Part shown: one piece after another, positions 42,231 to 56,723 of the stretch
Position numbering within the stretch: position 1 is the stretch's first letter
How the letters are laid out: each line of letters begins with the position of its first letter
Assembly (NCBI GenBank): GCA_951406725.2
Contig: OX597828.1
Span: 4,774,001-4,838,000, forward strand
Source of the DNA: Octopus vulgaris
Taxonomy: Eukaryota
Reading direction: 5' to 3'
DNA length: 64,000 nucleotides
Translations under genes and position numbers: made by a program
The notes under the pieces: model-generated
Databases searched by the model: none
What the model saw: only the letters and a program-made list of their open reading frames with translations
What the model was told of the DNA's origin: nothing

Positions 42231-42738
42231 TGTTTGCTCCCAATAACTTCGTTCGTTTGTCTACTCACTGATATATATATACTCCATAGAGAAGCAAAAG
42301 AAACTAAACAGGACAGGGGTAGACACGTGGGCTGGAGAGATGCTGTACAATTCACAGGATGTATGGTGAAAGTCTCCAGTCATAAGACATTAAACAAGAA
42401 CAATAATAAATCAATCTCAAGTGAAAAACGATCATATGATGCGTATGATTATTCGGTGAAAAAAGAATGACATCTACACATACATACTTACATATATGTA
42501 TGTATGTATATATGTATATATATATATATATATATATTTGAGTAATTGAATGAATTATCTTATTAAGGATAATTCGAAAGATAACCGATACCTGGGTAGT
42601 AAATTCACATCAGAAAGAACACCGTTGAAGCTACGTCCCTAGGGCATAGACTACGTGTATTCGTGCGGAAATGTGTATGTTTATTTTAAAATTGTAAGTA
42701 TATGAAAGAATGGAGTTGAACGCCTAGTTAACAAATAT

Positions 42739-42833
42739 CCTTTATTCTCGACATATGTTTCGAAGGCTGCATATTCCTAATTCCGAAGGAATAAGGAGTA
42801 CATTATGCAGATTTCTCATCAGGAAAATAAAGG
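42739..42833 (-). ncRNA. Canonical type I hammerhead ribozyme with long stem II
   Basis: Stem I CCTTTATTTTC/GAGAATAAAGG; CTGATGA; stem II GAA..CTGCATA/TATGCAG..TTC; GAAA; palindromic stem III ACATATGT; GUC site. Confidence 0.9.
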
Positions 42834-44595
42834 AACTTATGTCGACATCAAAATGCACAAAAATCTTTTAGCTGACCGCTCTCAAGGAGCCCATGACGAT
42901 AATGAGTGTCTCTTTATAATGAGTGACGTCAGAGTGGCTGAATGTAGAAGAATCTAGAAGTTTCTAAAAGTTCAAGAGTTCAAACGAAGTAGGAGGATGG
43001 AGGCATAAGAATAGTAAGGTGAGAGAGTGCAGGTCAAAAGAATGGTGGGTTTAAATTATTTCTTTTGCGAATGAGTGCATGTGTGTGTGACTGTAACTAA
43101 CTGTCTTAATGTGTGTATGTGTGTGTCTGAATGCGTGATTGTGTTTGTGGATGGGTAGATGTCAGAAAACTGACAGCTATGAGTTGAAAGGTCTGTATCT
43201 GTGTGTTCGATTATGTTTACTGTAGGGAAAGGAAAATAGATAGCGAAAGGGAGAAAGAATCGGGCGAGGTGAGAGGCAACGCAAGAATGGATAGTAGTAA
43301 TTGGGAATATAAGAAAATCTTTTTGACTATTGGGGTGAAATATAGGAAAAAAAATTTTTGGGAAATCGAGGGGTTATCTATATTAGTCATTATTTATATG
43401 AGTGAAAGGTGTGTCTTTTCCAGTGTAAACACCTGTAGGATCTTTCGACGATTGTGTTTATTAAATGGCCTTTGGCGAACAAAATATGAAAAAGTTCGGA
43501 ATTACAGATGCCACAAAATGTTCTGCCTTTATCAAACGGGAAGGACACCGACAAAATGGACCATTCGAGCTTGAACGTAGTGTTATTGTTCTTCAGACAC
43601 CAGACTAATTTGCTTAGCCCCGTGCTGTGTTGCTTTCTCTTTTCTCTGAAAGTGGAATAATGGTTGGAGATCCTTTGGGCTAATTTAGAAGAGGTTGCGC
43701 CAATATAGAAGTAGACATCGGTTCCAGAAGAGATTTTGCATTGGTAAGTGGTGTTTCTAATTTTGGAATTTTTGGATAAGAACTTTAATCTGTTGGGGTT
43801 GGTTTCCGATACTAAGACAGAGCTTTTATTGTTGTGATAGGTGTAAAAATTGTTGCTGGCTTTGGCCACGATAGTATTCATCTTATTATCATTACTATTA
43901 GTCGTAATATCGTTGGCAAATTCCCTGGCTATAGGAATGCTGCGATTGTTATCATCAATAGTGTAACTGTTATTAAGAATGCTGGTATTATTACTATTAC
44001 TGTTAATAATCACTGTTAATAATCTGGCTAATGTTATTATCATTATTACTATTGCTAACGCTAATGCTGCTATGAATGTTGCTAATATCCATACTACACA
44101 TGGGTGGAGAGACCCTATTTAGCAGCTTATTATTGTGGGAAGCTATTATCTGCGAAAGATTTTTAGTATTTGAGAATGCTATTCTTACTTTCTGCGAATT
44201 TATAGTGGAGTAGTATCTAGAATTCCTAGGAAAATTCTTAGTAACGGCTTCACGGAATTGTAAAGGGAGATTAGACCTGATTTGTCCCCCGAAAGGAATC
44301 ACAAATAGGATATATTTTTTTTTTTTGTTCTTGGAATGGCTGAGAGTGTTGACATTTACATTAAAGGGTATATTTCTGTGTTGTAGAATGGGTTTAGGTT
44401 TACGCTGGCCTCCCCTGGTCCGTAAATTATTATTGTAAAATATATTTGTGTCGCCGTTGCTAGAGCTGAAATCACTATTTATGTTATTTATATTATTATT
44501 AGAAGTTATCTTATCTTGATGGGTAGATCTTAGTTTAGGATGGGCCGGATCGATATATGATAAGTTTTTTGTGCATTTTGATGTCGACATAAGTT

Positions 44596-44690
44596 CCTTT
44601 ATTTTCCTGATAAGAAATCTGCATAATGTACTCCTTATTCCTTCGGAATTAGGAATATGCAGCCTTCGAGACATATGTCGAGAATAAAGG
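44596..44690 (+). ncRNA. Core-mutated copy of the same hammerhead
   Basis: Identical except CTGATAA and GAGA in the catalytic core. Confidence 0.7.
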
Positions 44691-45166
44691 ATATTTGTTA
44701 ACTAGTCGTTCAACTCCATTCTTTCATATACTTATAATTTTAAAATATACATATATATATATATATGCATATGTATGTATATACATATATATGTGTGTTT
44801 GTATGTGTGGGTATGTATGTATTTATGTATTTTGAAATTGAGTGGAAAAGAACGAATTTCTTCTTGTTAGAACGTACGCGTAAATGGAGACACGATAGGC
44901 TGGTTTGAATTGACATCAGTTCGTATAAATGTAATACAGATTTTTAAAATTAAATAAATTCAAACGATTATGTATTGTAAGGATCTAATACGTACGTCTT
45001 TTGGTCATAGCATTACATATAACAGGAAATGCGTTCACAATGCAAGACTCTCCTCATTTAACACATTTTAGAATATAATACAACGTACGTGTGGAATTTG
45101 ATCTGTATGTATATTCAGGAAATAGAAGTCAACTACGTTTCGAGAAAGAATATGTAGAGAAGAGGG

Positions 45167-45198
<32 letters not shown>

Positions 45199-45229
45199 AG
45201 TACGAAACATGTAAATAGGAGAGGGAAGA

Positions 45230-45299
<70 letters not shown>

Positions 45300-45306
<7 letters not shown>

Positions 45307-45435
45307 TAGATAAATGGTACAACAAGGCACCACTATTTACTGGAAAATAGCAATCGATATAAATACGACGTATTTATATCGATTGCTATTTTCTAGTAAA
45401 TATTCGTGCCTTGTTGTACCATTTATCTACTTATA
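45300..45435. repeat. Near-perfect foldback hairpin (~65-bp arms) in (TA)n
   Basis: GTAGATAAATGGTACAACAAGGCAC...AAATACG A CGTATTT...GTGCCTTGTTGTACCATTTATCTAC. Confidence 0.9.
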
Positions 45436-45495
45436 TATGTATAATTTCACCCTTATGGGGCTATCCTTTATTGGAAAGTAATACATTTGTATTGC

Positions 45496-45574
<79 letters not shown>

Positions 45575-45599
45575 GTAAATATCTAGCGATGAAACAGGA

Positions 45600-46340
45600 T
45601 GCTCGACGCCACATTATTGGATATATTTTATGGAGGCTACCGTTGGTTTCATGGCGAAAAGTAAGAAAATAACCTAGTGTCTTAACAATTTTTGAAGCCG
45701 ATCACATGGAGAAAGATATTCGCCTCCATTTTCGGAAATACAGCTTCGTCTAGGTCGCGGAACTAAAACAATAAATCAAGGGATATTACTCTTGGATGGC
45801 ATCTTTTGAATGTTTGTTACTCTTGGATTTGTCTTTTGGGCAAAATTTTGTGTGGTGAATTTGTATGTATTATTTTGTATCTTTTGGAGGGTGTGGTGTT
45901 CTCATATTCGTATGCTGAGGTAGTTCGTCTTTGGAGCATATTCTCCCTATGTGTGGAGTTTGTGTGCTATGTGTATTCAGATTCCACGTTCAGGAAGGGG
46001 AGTATCCTGGTGGGATTACCGTCACAGGTGCTGGCTCTTCTTTGGTGTATTTGAATGCAAAATATTGCTCGGGTATGCAATATCCATATCATATTTCAAT
46101 GTTCCTATCATGTTTGACAGGGATGCTGCTTGTCTTCTTTTTTAGTTTCTGAATAGCGCCAAGTGTTGTGTATACCTTACCTTAAACAAACAACACGTCA
46201 TTCCGATATTTGTCTTTGCTACTGCGTTAGTGTCCGTGATCTTGGTCTCGTGTACGAGTTCTTTCTTCCGATAGTTGTTGTTTAGAGGGCAACAGTTTGT
46301 AGAATTCCACTGCCATTTGGTGGTGTTTCTAGTGTGTTTA
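45600..46340 (-). mobile_element. Decayed Naiad-type PLE GIY-YIG fragment and 3' region
   Basis: CCPLNNNYRKKELVHETKI...TNIGMTCCLFKVRYTQHLALFRN*..ASLSNMIGTLK at ~46095-46320. Confidence 0.7.
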
Positions 46341-46538
46341 TATTTATTGTAATTAGATATTATTGACCATATATCGGAGATATATTAGATTCTTATCAAC
46401 ATCATGGTTCCAGGTTTTCCCACTGAGTGGCACCTTAACCAGGTGTCTTCTACTATAGACTCGGTCCGACTAAAGCCTTGTGAGTGGATTTGTTTGACGG
46501 AGACAGAAAGAAGCCCGTCGAATATATATATATATATA

Positions 46539-47155
46539 TTTCAACAATTGAGGGTGAAATTAATTAATTATTAATCAATTTCACCAAGTGTTCAGTATGC
46601 AAAGGGACCATTTAAGGCGAATTCAAATTATTACATTATATAAAAGGGCTTAGTAAAATAAATTACTTCGCCGCATACTGAACTCATTAGAAATAGCAGC
46701 TAAAAAACTTTTTTAAAGCTATTTCTAATACTTAAAGAAAATCTCTCTCATATATAGCGTTTGCCTAATTCAACTCACAAAAGTTTGGGGGTAAGGACAT
46801 TAAAAAATCAAATGCTAAGGTTATTTGAGTACGTACGTTTCAAGATTAGTCAAAACAACACTTCTATCTTCAGCTCAGAAATTCCTTGGTTTGGATTTGG
46901 AAACACTGAAAGTAAGAACATACCCTTTCGAAGATTCGCTCGTTACTAACAGTGCCAACAAACCCAAAATAAGCAAGTGAAGAATTTCTGTCCTCCTTTC
47001 CACCAGCGTGGGTTAAAATCATCAAACGCTATGCTTATTTCGGTAAAATCCGAAGCATTAATTAGAGGGAGATTAATTATAATTTCAACAATTGAGGGTG
47101 AAATTAAATAATTATTAATCAATTTCACCAAGTGTTCAGTATGCAAAGGGACCAT
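46539..47155. mobile_element. Element bounded by ~72-bp direct repeats (pLTR-like)
   Basis: TTTCAACAATTGAGGGTGAAATTAA.TAATTATTAATCAATTTCACCAAGTGTTCAGTATGCAAAGGG occurs at 46539 and 47083. Confidence 0.65.
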
Positions 47156-47399
47156 ATATATATATGTGTGTGTGTGTATTTGTGTGTGTTTGTATGTATG
47201 TTTGTTTGTCTGTGTTTGTCTTCCCAACTTTACTTGACATACGATGTTGGTGTGTTTGCGACCGCGTAACTTAGCGGTTCGGCAACAGAAAGCGATTGCA
47301 TAAGTACTAGGCTTACAAAGAATTAGACTTGGGGTCGATTTGCTCGAGCACGGCCGCAGTCGAATGACTGAAACAAATAAAAGAATACAGAATAAAAGA

Positions 47400-47453
<54 letters not shown>

Positions 47454-47468
47454 ATTTATGTATGTATG

Positions 47469-47514
<46 letters not shown>

Positions 47515-47550
47515 ACATTCATGCATATAATACAGGATATATATACATAC

Positions 47551-47587
<37 letters not shown>

Positions 47588-47641
47588 TATATACATACAT
47601 ATACATATATATGTATATATATATATATATATATACATACA

Positions 47642-47673
<32 letters not shown>

Positions 47674-47699
47674 CACACACATAAATACGAGAAGTATTA

Positions 47700-48030
47700 T
47701 TACCGTTATAAACTTTAATAAGGAGGTGGCTAGCAAGACTTCTACCTATACAGGTACAATATACAATAATTGAAGAAAAGAAGGGTAGAGATACCGCTTA
47801 CTAAAAGTTAAGGTGACAGCTTCAAAAACCCACAAATTTTACAATAAATACACACACGAGCATTGCAATGAATATTAAAAAAGAAATAGGCCTACCTTCA
47901 GAATGGAATACGCAAATAGATTATACATATTCCAGTATCAATTGATTTCATGCTATGCACGACAAAAATGCTCTGCAATCACAGACCGGTCTTTACTCTT
48001 GTGTACAGAGACTGATTCGCAGTAGCCGTC
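47700..48030 (-). pseudogene. Tandem B-box1/B-box2 relic (clearest B-box pair)
   Basis: YCESVSVHKSKDRSVIAEHFCRA*HE (~47945-48025) and NIHCNARVCIYCKICGFL/SCHL (~47810-47876). Confidence 0.65.
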
Positions 48031-48227
48031 AGAGACATACACACACATCTAGGTGTGTGTGCAGGGGTTATGTATAAGTAGATATCTGAGTACTACCATC
48101 ACCGGTAAATTTCATTTCTTTTCAATTTATTTAATTCTGTGCATTCTTATTCTATTTTTACCTAATTTACTTCATTACATTTCCGCTAATATCCTCCAGT
48201 TTACTTCTTCCTCCTCTTCCTCTCACT

Positions 48228-48540
<313 letters not shown>

Positions 48541-48699
48541 ATATCAAGTCTTCTTCTTCTTCGTCTTCTGCTTCTTTTTCTTCTTCTTGCTTGCTTTCTT
48601 TCATGTCTCACGGTTCGATAAAAATAATGGAGCTGATGTAATAGACTTACTCCCTCCCCTCAAAGTTTGCTGACCTTGTGCCTACCTCGCTGATTTTAT

Positions 48700-49135
48700 A
48701 TTGGTAAGATTTTACCAATTAAGATCAGTAAATCATAGTTTATTGGTGTTTACACCCAAGAAAGCAAAAGGATCTAGAGCAAAAGCACACCAGTCATTGC
48801 AACTGTAGAATATATTCGGACATTGAACTACCTTATTAAACACCTGTTTTCGTATTTGTGGCTTTCGGAAAGTGACGCAACTGCTATATCTGGCAGAGCG
48901 AGTTATTCCGTATACAGACTCACATTAGTTATTAATGTATGTTGATGTCGTTGATAGCAATAAAAATATAGTTTCATAACATTAAGGGTAACGGCTAAGA
49001 AATCACTAAATACGGTAAGTGTGAAGATGCGAAAAAAGAAACACTATATTTCCCACATAATGTTAAAGCTGAAAGATGTTCCAATCACCGCGTTTAAATG
49101 AAAGACAAAAAAAAAGCAAAATCTGTCACATTTTG
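48700..49135 (-). pseudogene. NHL/beta-propeller-like relic
   Basis: Fragments SDFLAVTLNV and FTDLN/GKIL. Confidence 0.35.
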
Positions 49136-49773
49136 TGTTTTACATTTGTGATTGCAGAGAGCGAGAGACAGTGAGAGAGAGAGAGAGGGGGAGGGAGAGA
49201 GAGAAAAAGACAGAGAGGGGGAGGGGGAGAGAGCGTGACAGATAGAGACATAGAAGTGAGAGAGAAACAGGGATAGGGCACAGCTAGATAATAGTGATTA
49301 TTTAATTCACTGAAAAATCTGTTGCTGTGGAATATTGTTTAATTTCTTTTTTCCGTGCATGCATTTACGAAATTATCGTATTCACCTTTGAATTTGTGGT
49401 TCGCAGCGTGTACCTGTGTTTGCAAAATACGCCATCATATGTTTATTAGTAGAAACACGTTTCTATGGTGTTGAAATGTACGTCATTATACATTTTATAG
49501 CTTCGACCGCTCACGATATCTAATATGCATTAATAAAATATTTCGGTGAAGTATTTAATAAATACAAGGCATATTTGTAAATTGTCACTGCCAGTTTCTC
49601 GGTCTGTAAACAATATTTATATACATAAGTTCCTCAACGTTCAGTGCTTTTATTTCGACTGTATTTCGAATATAATTACGGAGAAATTGCAAAACATAAA
49701 ATAGAATCAGATTTCTAATATTCATGGATTTCTTATGTAAATATCTGCATTCGTATGTACGGATGCTCGGACG

Positions 49774-49826
<53 letters not shown>

Positions 49827-49838
49827 TTACATATATAT

Positions 49839-49875
<37 letters not shown>

Positions 49876-50055
49876 GTATATATGTATATTTGTGTGTGTG
49901 TATGTGTATATTTGTTTGCATGTATGTGTGTGTTTAAATATATATGACGTTCAACATTGTATATTTAGGGATAATTGTGTAAATAAAATAAGTATTCATG
50001 GTCTGCTTTTTTTTTAACGAATGCATTTATTTTTCATTTCTGAATATATAAATGA

Positions 50056-50101
<46 letters not shown>

Positions 50102-50670
50102 CGTGTGCTTAGGAATGTTGGTGTTCCCTTTTCATGTTTGTGTGTAGTGAATTCATTCATTTGATCGCATTTATGTATGAATTTATTTATTAGAAAAATA
50201 TATTTCATGTCAGGAGTAATATTTAGGGTTACATTTGCATTTCAGATATATGTACATAAATTTGCTTTCCATATAATTCGTTACTAACGCCAGAGATTTC
50301 TATGGAAGCAATGTTTGCATTTATTTTAAATGACTGTTTCTCTCCTCACTTCAAGTTTATATATTTGTCCTGAACAAGAAGGAAATAATCGTAATTGTTT
50401 GTTTCTTTTCTTTATTGCTCTGTAAATTCAATTATTCTCTACGCAAAGCCAACGTTTTTAAACTTCTATTGAATTGCTTGCTTATGCTATCATTATATAT
50501 ACATATATTTCTTATACTTATTTTTAAAAAATCTGCATTATGCATTTTTATCAGCGGACGAGTGTATGTCGATTATGAATATATGCGTGAATTCTAATCA
50601 TTTCAGAGTTGAGGATAGGGTTATCAAAATTAAAGCAGCAAATAAGAATATATTGATTTTCATTAAAAAA

Positions 50671-50786
<116 letters not shown>

Positions 50787-51222
50787 AAACGTTCTATATA
50801 TGTATATAAATGATGGATTTGTACATATATAACACATAGAAATTAGGTGAATCGCAAACTTTTACCAGTGTAAAATGTATTCAGAAAAGAAATAGATAGA
50901 TACAGAGCTAGAGATATTAAATATGTATTTTGTGTAAATATGTATGTTTTAAAGAAAATAAAAGCAATGTTAAAAGAAATGGGCAACTAAGAAATCAATC
51001 TTGAATTCAATAACGTAAAATATGAAACATTAGAAATCAGACTATAACAGGAATTTAAGTAATATAAAAATTTAAGGAATGTGAATTAATCTGTGTGTGT
51101 GTGTGTATGAGTGGGTTTATGTGTGCGGCTGTGTGCCCGCGTGCGTGTTTGCCGTTCTTTTTTAGAATATCTCAACGCACCGAAGCACACACGTAGACCT
51201 ATAAATAATAGCATCTAAATAT

Positions 51223-51297
<75 letters not shown>

Positions 51298-52027
51298 ACA
51301 CAGGCACATATGTGTCCAGATTATTACACATTTTTCATATAAAATTTTGCGTGCAAACATACAGATAACAACCGTTCGATTAAGTAAATACCTACGTATA
51401 AATAGAAATTTAAGAAATTTTCTGATTAAAACATATGTATACGCTGATAAACTTCTGCGATTCTATCTTTATAATTGTAAGGGGTGTATTTCGTGTATGC
51501 GGCGGAGGTGTCAGTTTACTGTAAATATCTTTGTATCAATATATATGCAAAATATTTCTCCATCAGTAGAAGAACACAATACACTTTTTTAAGTAATACA
51601 AACCTTTCAATGAATTAAATTTAGATTTGTCTGAGGTGATGATTGTAATAATTTCTGTAGGAGTATGAGCAGAAAAATAAAAATATTGTTGTGACATATA
51701 TAATTCATGGGGGTTTCTTGTTGATGTTATTACTAATAAGTTTGAAAAGAAAACCATATTCATATTGTTAAAGTATATAAATAAAAGTTCAACAATAAAA
51801 CTCTGATGTCAGGTGATACTATAGAAATAGTAATAATTTAATTTTTCTTTCAAAAAACTCTGAATGTCCACATTGTTTGGCAAACAATGGTTTACATCTG
51901 GTAAGGCTTAAAGCAGATGTATTGTTGTAAAATATAAGTGGCTCAATAACCGTATAGCAAAATATATTTCGTTTTGGGATTTGGTTTGCAAGATTCTTTA
52001 TATGAGTTCGTGTGTTGAAGCATATTC

Positions 52028-52174
52028 TGCTGTGTCTGGGGAGAGTCATTTTCTTTCTGTGCTTTATAATTTAACACACTCACCGCTAAAATTTCCACCT
52101 ATTTCTTAAGTGGAAATTTTACCGGTGTGTGTGTTAAATTATAAGTCAAAAAAAGAAAATGACTCTCCCCAGAT

Positions 52175-52180
<6 letters not shown>
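52028..52180. repeat. Foldback hairpin; left flank related to 19925-19995
   Basis: TCTGGGGAGAGTCATTTTCTTT...AAAATTTCCAC / GTGGAAATTTT...AAAGAAAATGACTCTCCCCAGA. Confidence 0.85.
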
Positions 52181-52234
<54 letters not shown>

Positions 52235-52849
52235 GATATGCACAATTACTCGTACACGTACATAAATATATACACACGCACATTCCCTTTATTGTTTTCA
52301 GCGGGTCCAGTGGAAATAACATTTTAGTTGAGACAAACATTCCACTCACGAGTATCTTGAGTTCAAGAGCGTATAAGCGAATCTGTGTAGAAGGTAGTGC
52401 CTACTCTTATTTTTGATGCTGTCTTTCCTGTTCCATACAGCGTCTATGCTGTCAGTCTCGATGTGTCTCCTTATATATACATACATACATTAATATATAC
52501 TTCAAGAGTTGGTATCGGTACGATATGTTTATTTATTTTAGTAGTTATTGACTTTAAGTGTCCCACCTAGCGTGTGGTATTTATGTGTAATAATGCCCTC
52601 TATATAATATAAATAAATATTTCAAGTGAAAAAAATTGATGGATTTTTTTCTCTTATGATAAATTCTTATGAAGATTTTATCCTATTTTTAAATTGTACA
52701 TTAATATATGTATATGCTTGTGTGTATGAGCGTGGACTTGTATGAAATGCCCATATGTACACGCATACGCACGCACACATGTGTACATACAGAAAATCGT
52801 ACATACTCTAAGGATGAGTACTAGGACACCAACACAACAACGTTCCACT

Positions 52850-53770
52850 GTTTTCTTATCTTGTGTATCAACGTGAGTAACCTTACATGAGAAAGGTAAA
52901 CAAAATGTCGAATAGGCTGGTTATGTCTCGAACTGATGTTGCAGGAAGAAGTGCAGTGTAAGGTAGAATATCTGCGATCTCGAAATAAGCAGCAGGAGCC
53001 CCCTTTTTCTATGTAGTGAAAGGTTGCTGAATGTCCGCATTGATAAAATCAGTGATGGGTTTCCTATGGCTAAAAAAACCCAGTTTTGTGTATAATTTTG
53101 TGGTTTTTACTAAACGGTTCTCAACTGGCATATATTTTTTCTTGAGTTTACACAATGTTTGCATACTTTATGAAGATCCTATAATTTAACTTGATTGATG
53201 AGTGTGATACCTAAATAACATCGATATATTTGTTTCATAAATCATGTTTTGTCTTTAGTTTAGGGCTGTATATTCGTCCTATATGTGCGGTATGTACTTG
53301 TTATACTCTATTCTATAAACAAAAACCAAAAAAGATAGAAGAATATACATGTACTGCAAACATGTTTAAATCATTGAAAAGGCAAGTTATTAATGTGTAA
53401 CGTAATCTGTGGAATAATGTAATCATATGGAATATGTTTTCTTGGAGGGATGGTAAAAAAAGAAACACCTTATTCGATTTCCGAGTAGTTGATTGCATAT
53501 ATGTCACCTGAACAGGGATAGTTTTATCGCTGTTGCCCATATCATCCATGCTTCAATAACTTCTGATACATTAGAAACTAGAGATAATAATACATTTTTT
53601 AATTAAACACCCTATCAACTCACTCTTATTCCTGGCCCATTGAATAAAATAGAACAAGAACAAAAGGATGGCAATGAACCTGATATCCACAATTGCATAC
53701 GAATATTTGAAGAGTCAGTACAATAGGCAACAAACACTTGAGAATTTGCAAACGTTATTCATGGTTCCGG
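52850..53770 (-). pseudogene. Decayed B-box copy (N-terminal part)
   Basis: ~53665-53760 reads NNVCKFSS/VAYCTDS/FVCNCGYQVHCH. Confidence 0.45.
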
Positions 53771-53949
53771 TAATATTTACCTCTTCAATATTTTATATGG
53801 AAAACAAATTTAAAGAATTGGGCTTCCAATCTCCACAAATCTCAACTAATTTCTAAGAAAACATGATTCTGGACACTCTAAAGCCTAGACCGTATTTTGC
53901 TACATAGGAATTGATATTAGATTTTTAAGAAAAATATTCAAGTGAATCA

Positions 53950-55955
53950 CACGAAATAATATTTTTAATTTTTTCCTTAACTTCATGTACCATAGGACAG
54001 TTGGAAGAATTAATTAGCCTAGTAATTGAACATTTGTGAATGTAAAAATATGCATATATTTGCGTCTGCTTTCTTTTGCAATTGGTCTACCAACAAGACC
54101 CATAATATTACAAATCTATTAAAATTTATATATTAGCAGCGGAGGCAGTATCAATACCGAAAGGTAATGTTTATCCCAACGTAAACGTGGATACCATGAA
54201 AGAAACAATCACATTGCCCTTTGGTGCAGACATGCACTCTTGTTGATATATCTCTTGTATGCACTTACTTGTCGAAACAGTTGATAATCGTCTCTGGACA
54301 GATACCAACTGCGTATCGATAGCGTACACATATCAGTTATATTTTACTCTGTCGGATTTCTTTATTAACTATATTTTCATATCTTTAAAAATTAATTGAG
54401 GCATATTCGCATGGAAGATAGCAGTAACTTAATTAACCTCATTTTGTATATACAGCAATTAGAACAGAAAACTCCTTTTATCAATAGATTAGGTGAATGA
54501 AATCACTAGCTATTTACCATTGCAGGAGGGTTTTAATATTCTGCATAAAATGCTACAGCTATCGTAATATAAGTAAAATTTTAACTATCCTACATACAAT
54601 AAACGATAAGCTTCCATAATATGATATTAGATAATCAACTAGCTATAACTGCATGGTGATATCTCTTGTCCAATGAAATAAATTTATTAAATCAGACGGC
54701 ATTTCCAATTATAGGAACAGATCAGATTTGGTACTGTTATATTTACTTCATGCAATTTTCTCGCTTTCTTTTTATACTTTTTACACGCCATACTTTTTTT
54801 TCTAATCTCATTAATGTTTTAGTAAATACCTTTCTCAAGCCTGCTTTACTTCACTTCATTGTAAAATATACATGCATATAAGTCTCCTTCTCCTTCTTTC
54901 TTTGTCTGTCTCTCTTTTACCGTGCCTCCCTTCATTTGCACTATAATCACTTTTAACGTGTTTTTTTTTTAAAACATATCTATTTTAATGGTTGATTTGA
55001 ACAAACAAGCGCTGTGCTCCTTTTTACCCCTTTAACATTTAGTTTAGATGTTTCCTCCGCTATCTTTTCCACGCTACTTTAAGTTTTAATGTCTTCTTTT
55101 CTGATTTATATATTCATGTTCTTCTTACCGCTTTGTTTTTTTTTTTTTTTTTGCTTCTCTGAGTTTTCTGGTGTCAATCGAAATGCAAGATACTCTTTTC
55201 ATTTTGTTAAATCTTCATTGTCTCATTGATTTCTGTTTCTAGCTCTTTTCATTGTCAATACATCTACTGCGTTATTAGTGGATATCATTATTTTTTACAA
55301 ATATTTGCACAAGTAATACAACGGTTGATTCGATTTAGTAGATATACATTTCCTGTTCCTTATTGTCTCAGAGATAAGAGATATTAGGTTATAGATTATT
55401 TCTAGATACTGTGATGTGTTTCCTATCGAAAATATCAGCGAACATCACATCTGAGTATTGTGTAAGGATTGCATTTTTACTTGCATATTTATTTTTATCT
55501 CTGTTCAGTTATCTGCGAGACTTTTGAAACAGCCAAATAGATAAACATGTTCTTTTGATATCTGGAATGACAGCCAAGGCTGAAGACGAGTTGTTTTGTT
55601 ATACAACATCTTTGCAAGCCTTCATTCCACTTTTAGCACAAATATCAAAGAATATCTATCCATATGTGCATTACATATCTTGTCACAAGTATATCGCGTA
55701 TATTTCTGGCATTCAATTCAGACAGACCTAACAAACAACTAGTATACTCTGCACTATTAATTGATACTTAGCTGAACTATATTTTTCAACAGCTATATTC
55801 CACTATATACATTTTAAGTGGCATAGTAATGAAATGTTATGAACTTTATAATTTGGTTTTTGAAAACTAAAAACCTTTGAAAAATATTTTGCAAAGAAAC
55901 CGTTATTTAACCGATATTATTAAACATAAGTTGCAGATGCAACATTCTTCTATTT
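53950..55955 (-). pseudogene. Decayed B-box/coiled-coil/NHL copy
   Basis: EECCICNLC (~55925-55950); ICNAHMDRY/FDICAKSGMKACKD (~55605-55685); KELETEINETMK (~55215-55250); TLPFGIDTASAANI (~54128-54172). Confidence 0.6.
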
Positions 55956-56331
55956 CTATCTTAATTTTTCAATAAAATGTTTGGTTTGGTTATTTATCAT
56001 TTCTTCCTACATTTACACATTTCATATCACTACATCAATTCTTTTAATTATTTCGCGCTTTATACTGTAAGTGACTTATTGTATTTTCTTGTTTTTCTCT
56101 TACCACATTATTTATATGGTTCGGTTTTGTGTGTCATCACATCTTTACATCATAAAGTTTTCTAATTTCAATAAATACATTCATCAAAATACTGTAATTT
56201 TACGGACTATTAACCAAATCTTTACAGATAAATAGTTTTATAGTAATATATACACGACATTTTGAACGTTTTATCTTACATTACAGTCAGGTGTTTTACA
56301 ACTTCTACTCCAGACACGCTCGCACACACAG

Positions 56332-56384
<53 letters not shown>

Positions 56385-56439
56385 TAAAAACAGTAAGATA
56401 ACAAAAGAAAGAAAGAGACCTTAATATTATGTAAATAGA

Positions 56440-56600
56440 GGAAATTTATCTATAAAATAATATGTTATAATTACTCAATAGTCAAGATAAAACTCTGAGT
56501 TTTTCAGATGGCCATATAACCGAAGAGATGGTGTTGTGGATTTCCACTTCGGCATCTGAAACTCAGAGTTTTATCTTGACTATTGAGTAATTGTAATATA

Positions 56601-56610
<10 letters not shown>
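56440..56610. repeat. Foldback of the CCGAAGA-hammerhead family (copy 3 at 56514-56576, +)
   Basis: Homologous to 29868-29980. 56450-56510 is the inverted 3' part. Confidence 0.75.
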
Positions 56611-56647
<37 letters not shown>

Positions 56648-56675
56648 CAGGTCGTTGTTTATTTATAATGCATTC

Positions 56676-56723
56676 AGGCCTGCTGATGAGTACGTAAGTA
56701 TGAAATCACTGTGATACAGGTCT
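56676..56723 (+). ncRNA. Type I hammerhead ribozyme
   Basis: Stem I AGGCCTG/CAGGTCT; CTGATGA; stem II GTAC-GTAA-GTAT; GAAA; stem III ATCAC-T-GTGAT; AUA site after 56716. Confidence 0.85.

Larger units (their letters stand above)
42682..44747 (-). mobile_element. 5'-truncated Naiad-type Penelope-like element with inverted ~180-bp pLTR copies
   Basis: RT-thumb FVIPFGGQIRSNL...KNFP...KVRIAFSNTKNLSQIIASHNNKLL (44003-44674 frame). GIY-YIG TYQCKI..FYIGATS..RISNH..STGLSK..CGICNSE..LINT..RCLH (43390-44043). 42682-42863 is inverted at 44566-44747. Confidence 0.9.

Noticed and set aside
45630-45735. Minus-strand hammerhead remnant (GAAACCAACGGTA)
   Set aside because: The CTGANGA box is not recognisable adjacent to stem I.
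46660-46700. Minus-strand CTAATGA...GAAG
   Set aside because: Two core mismatches and poor stems.
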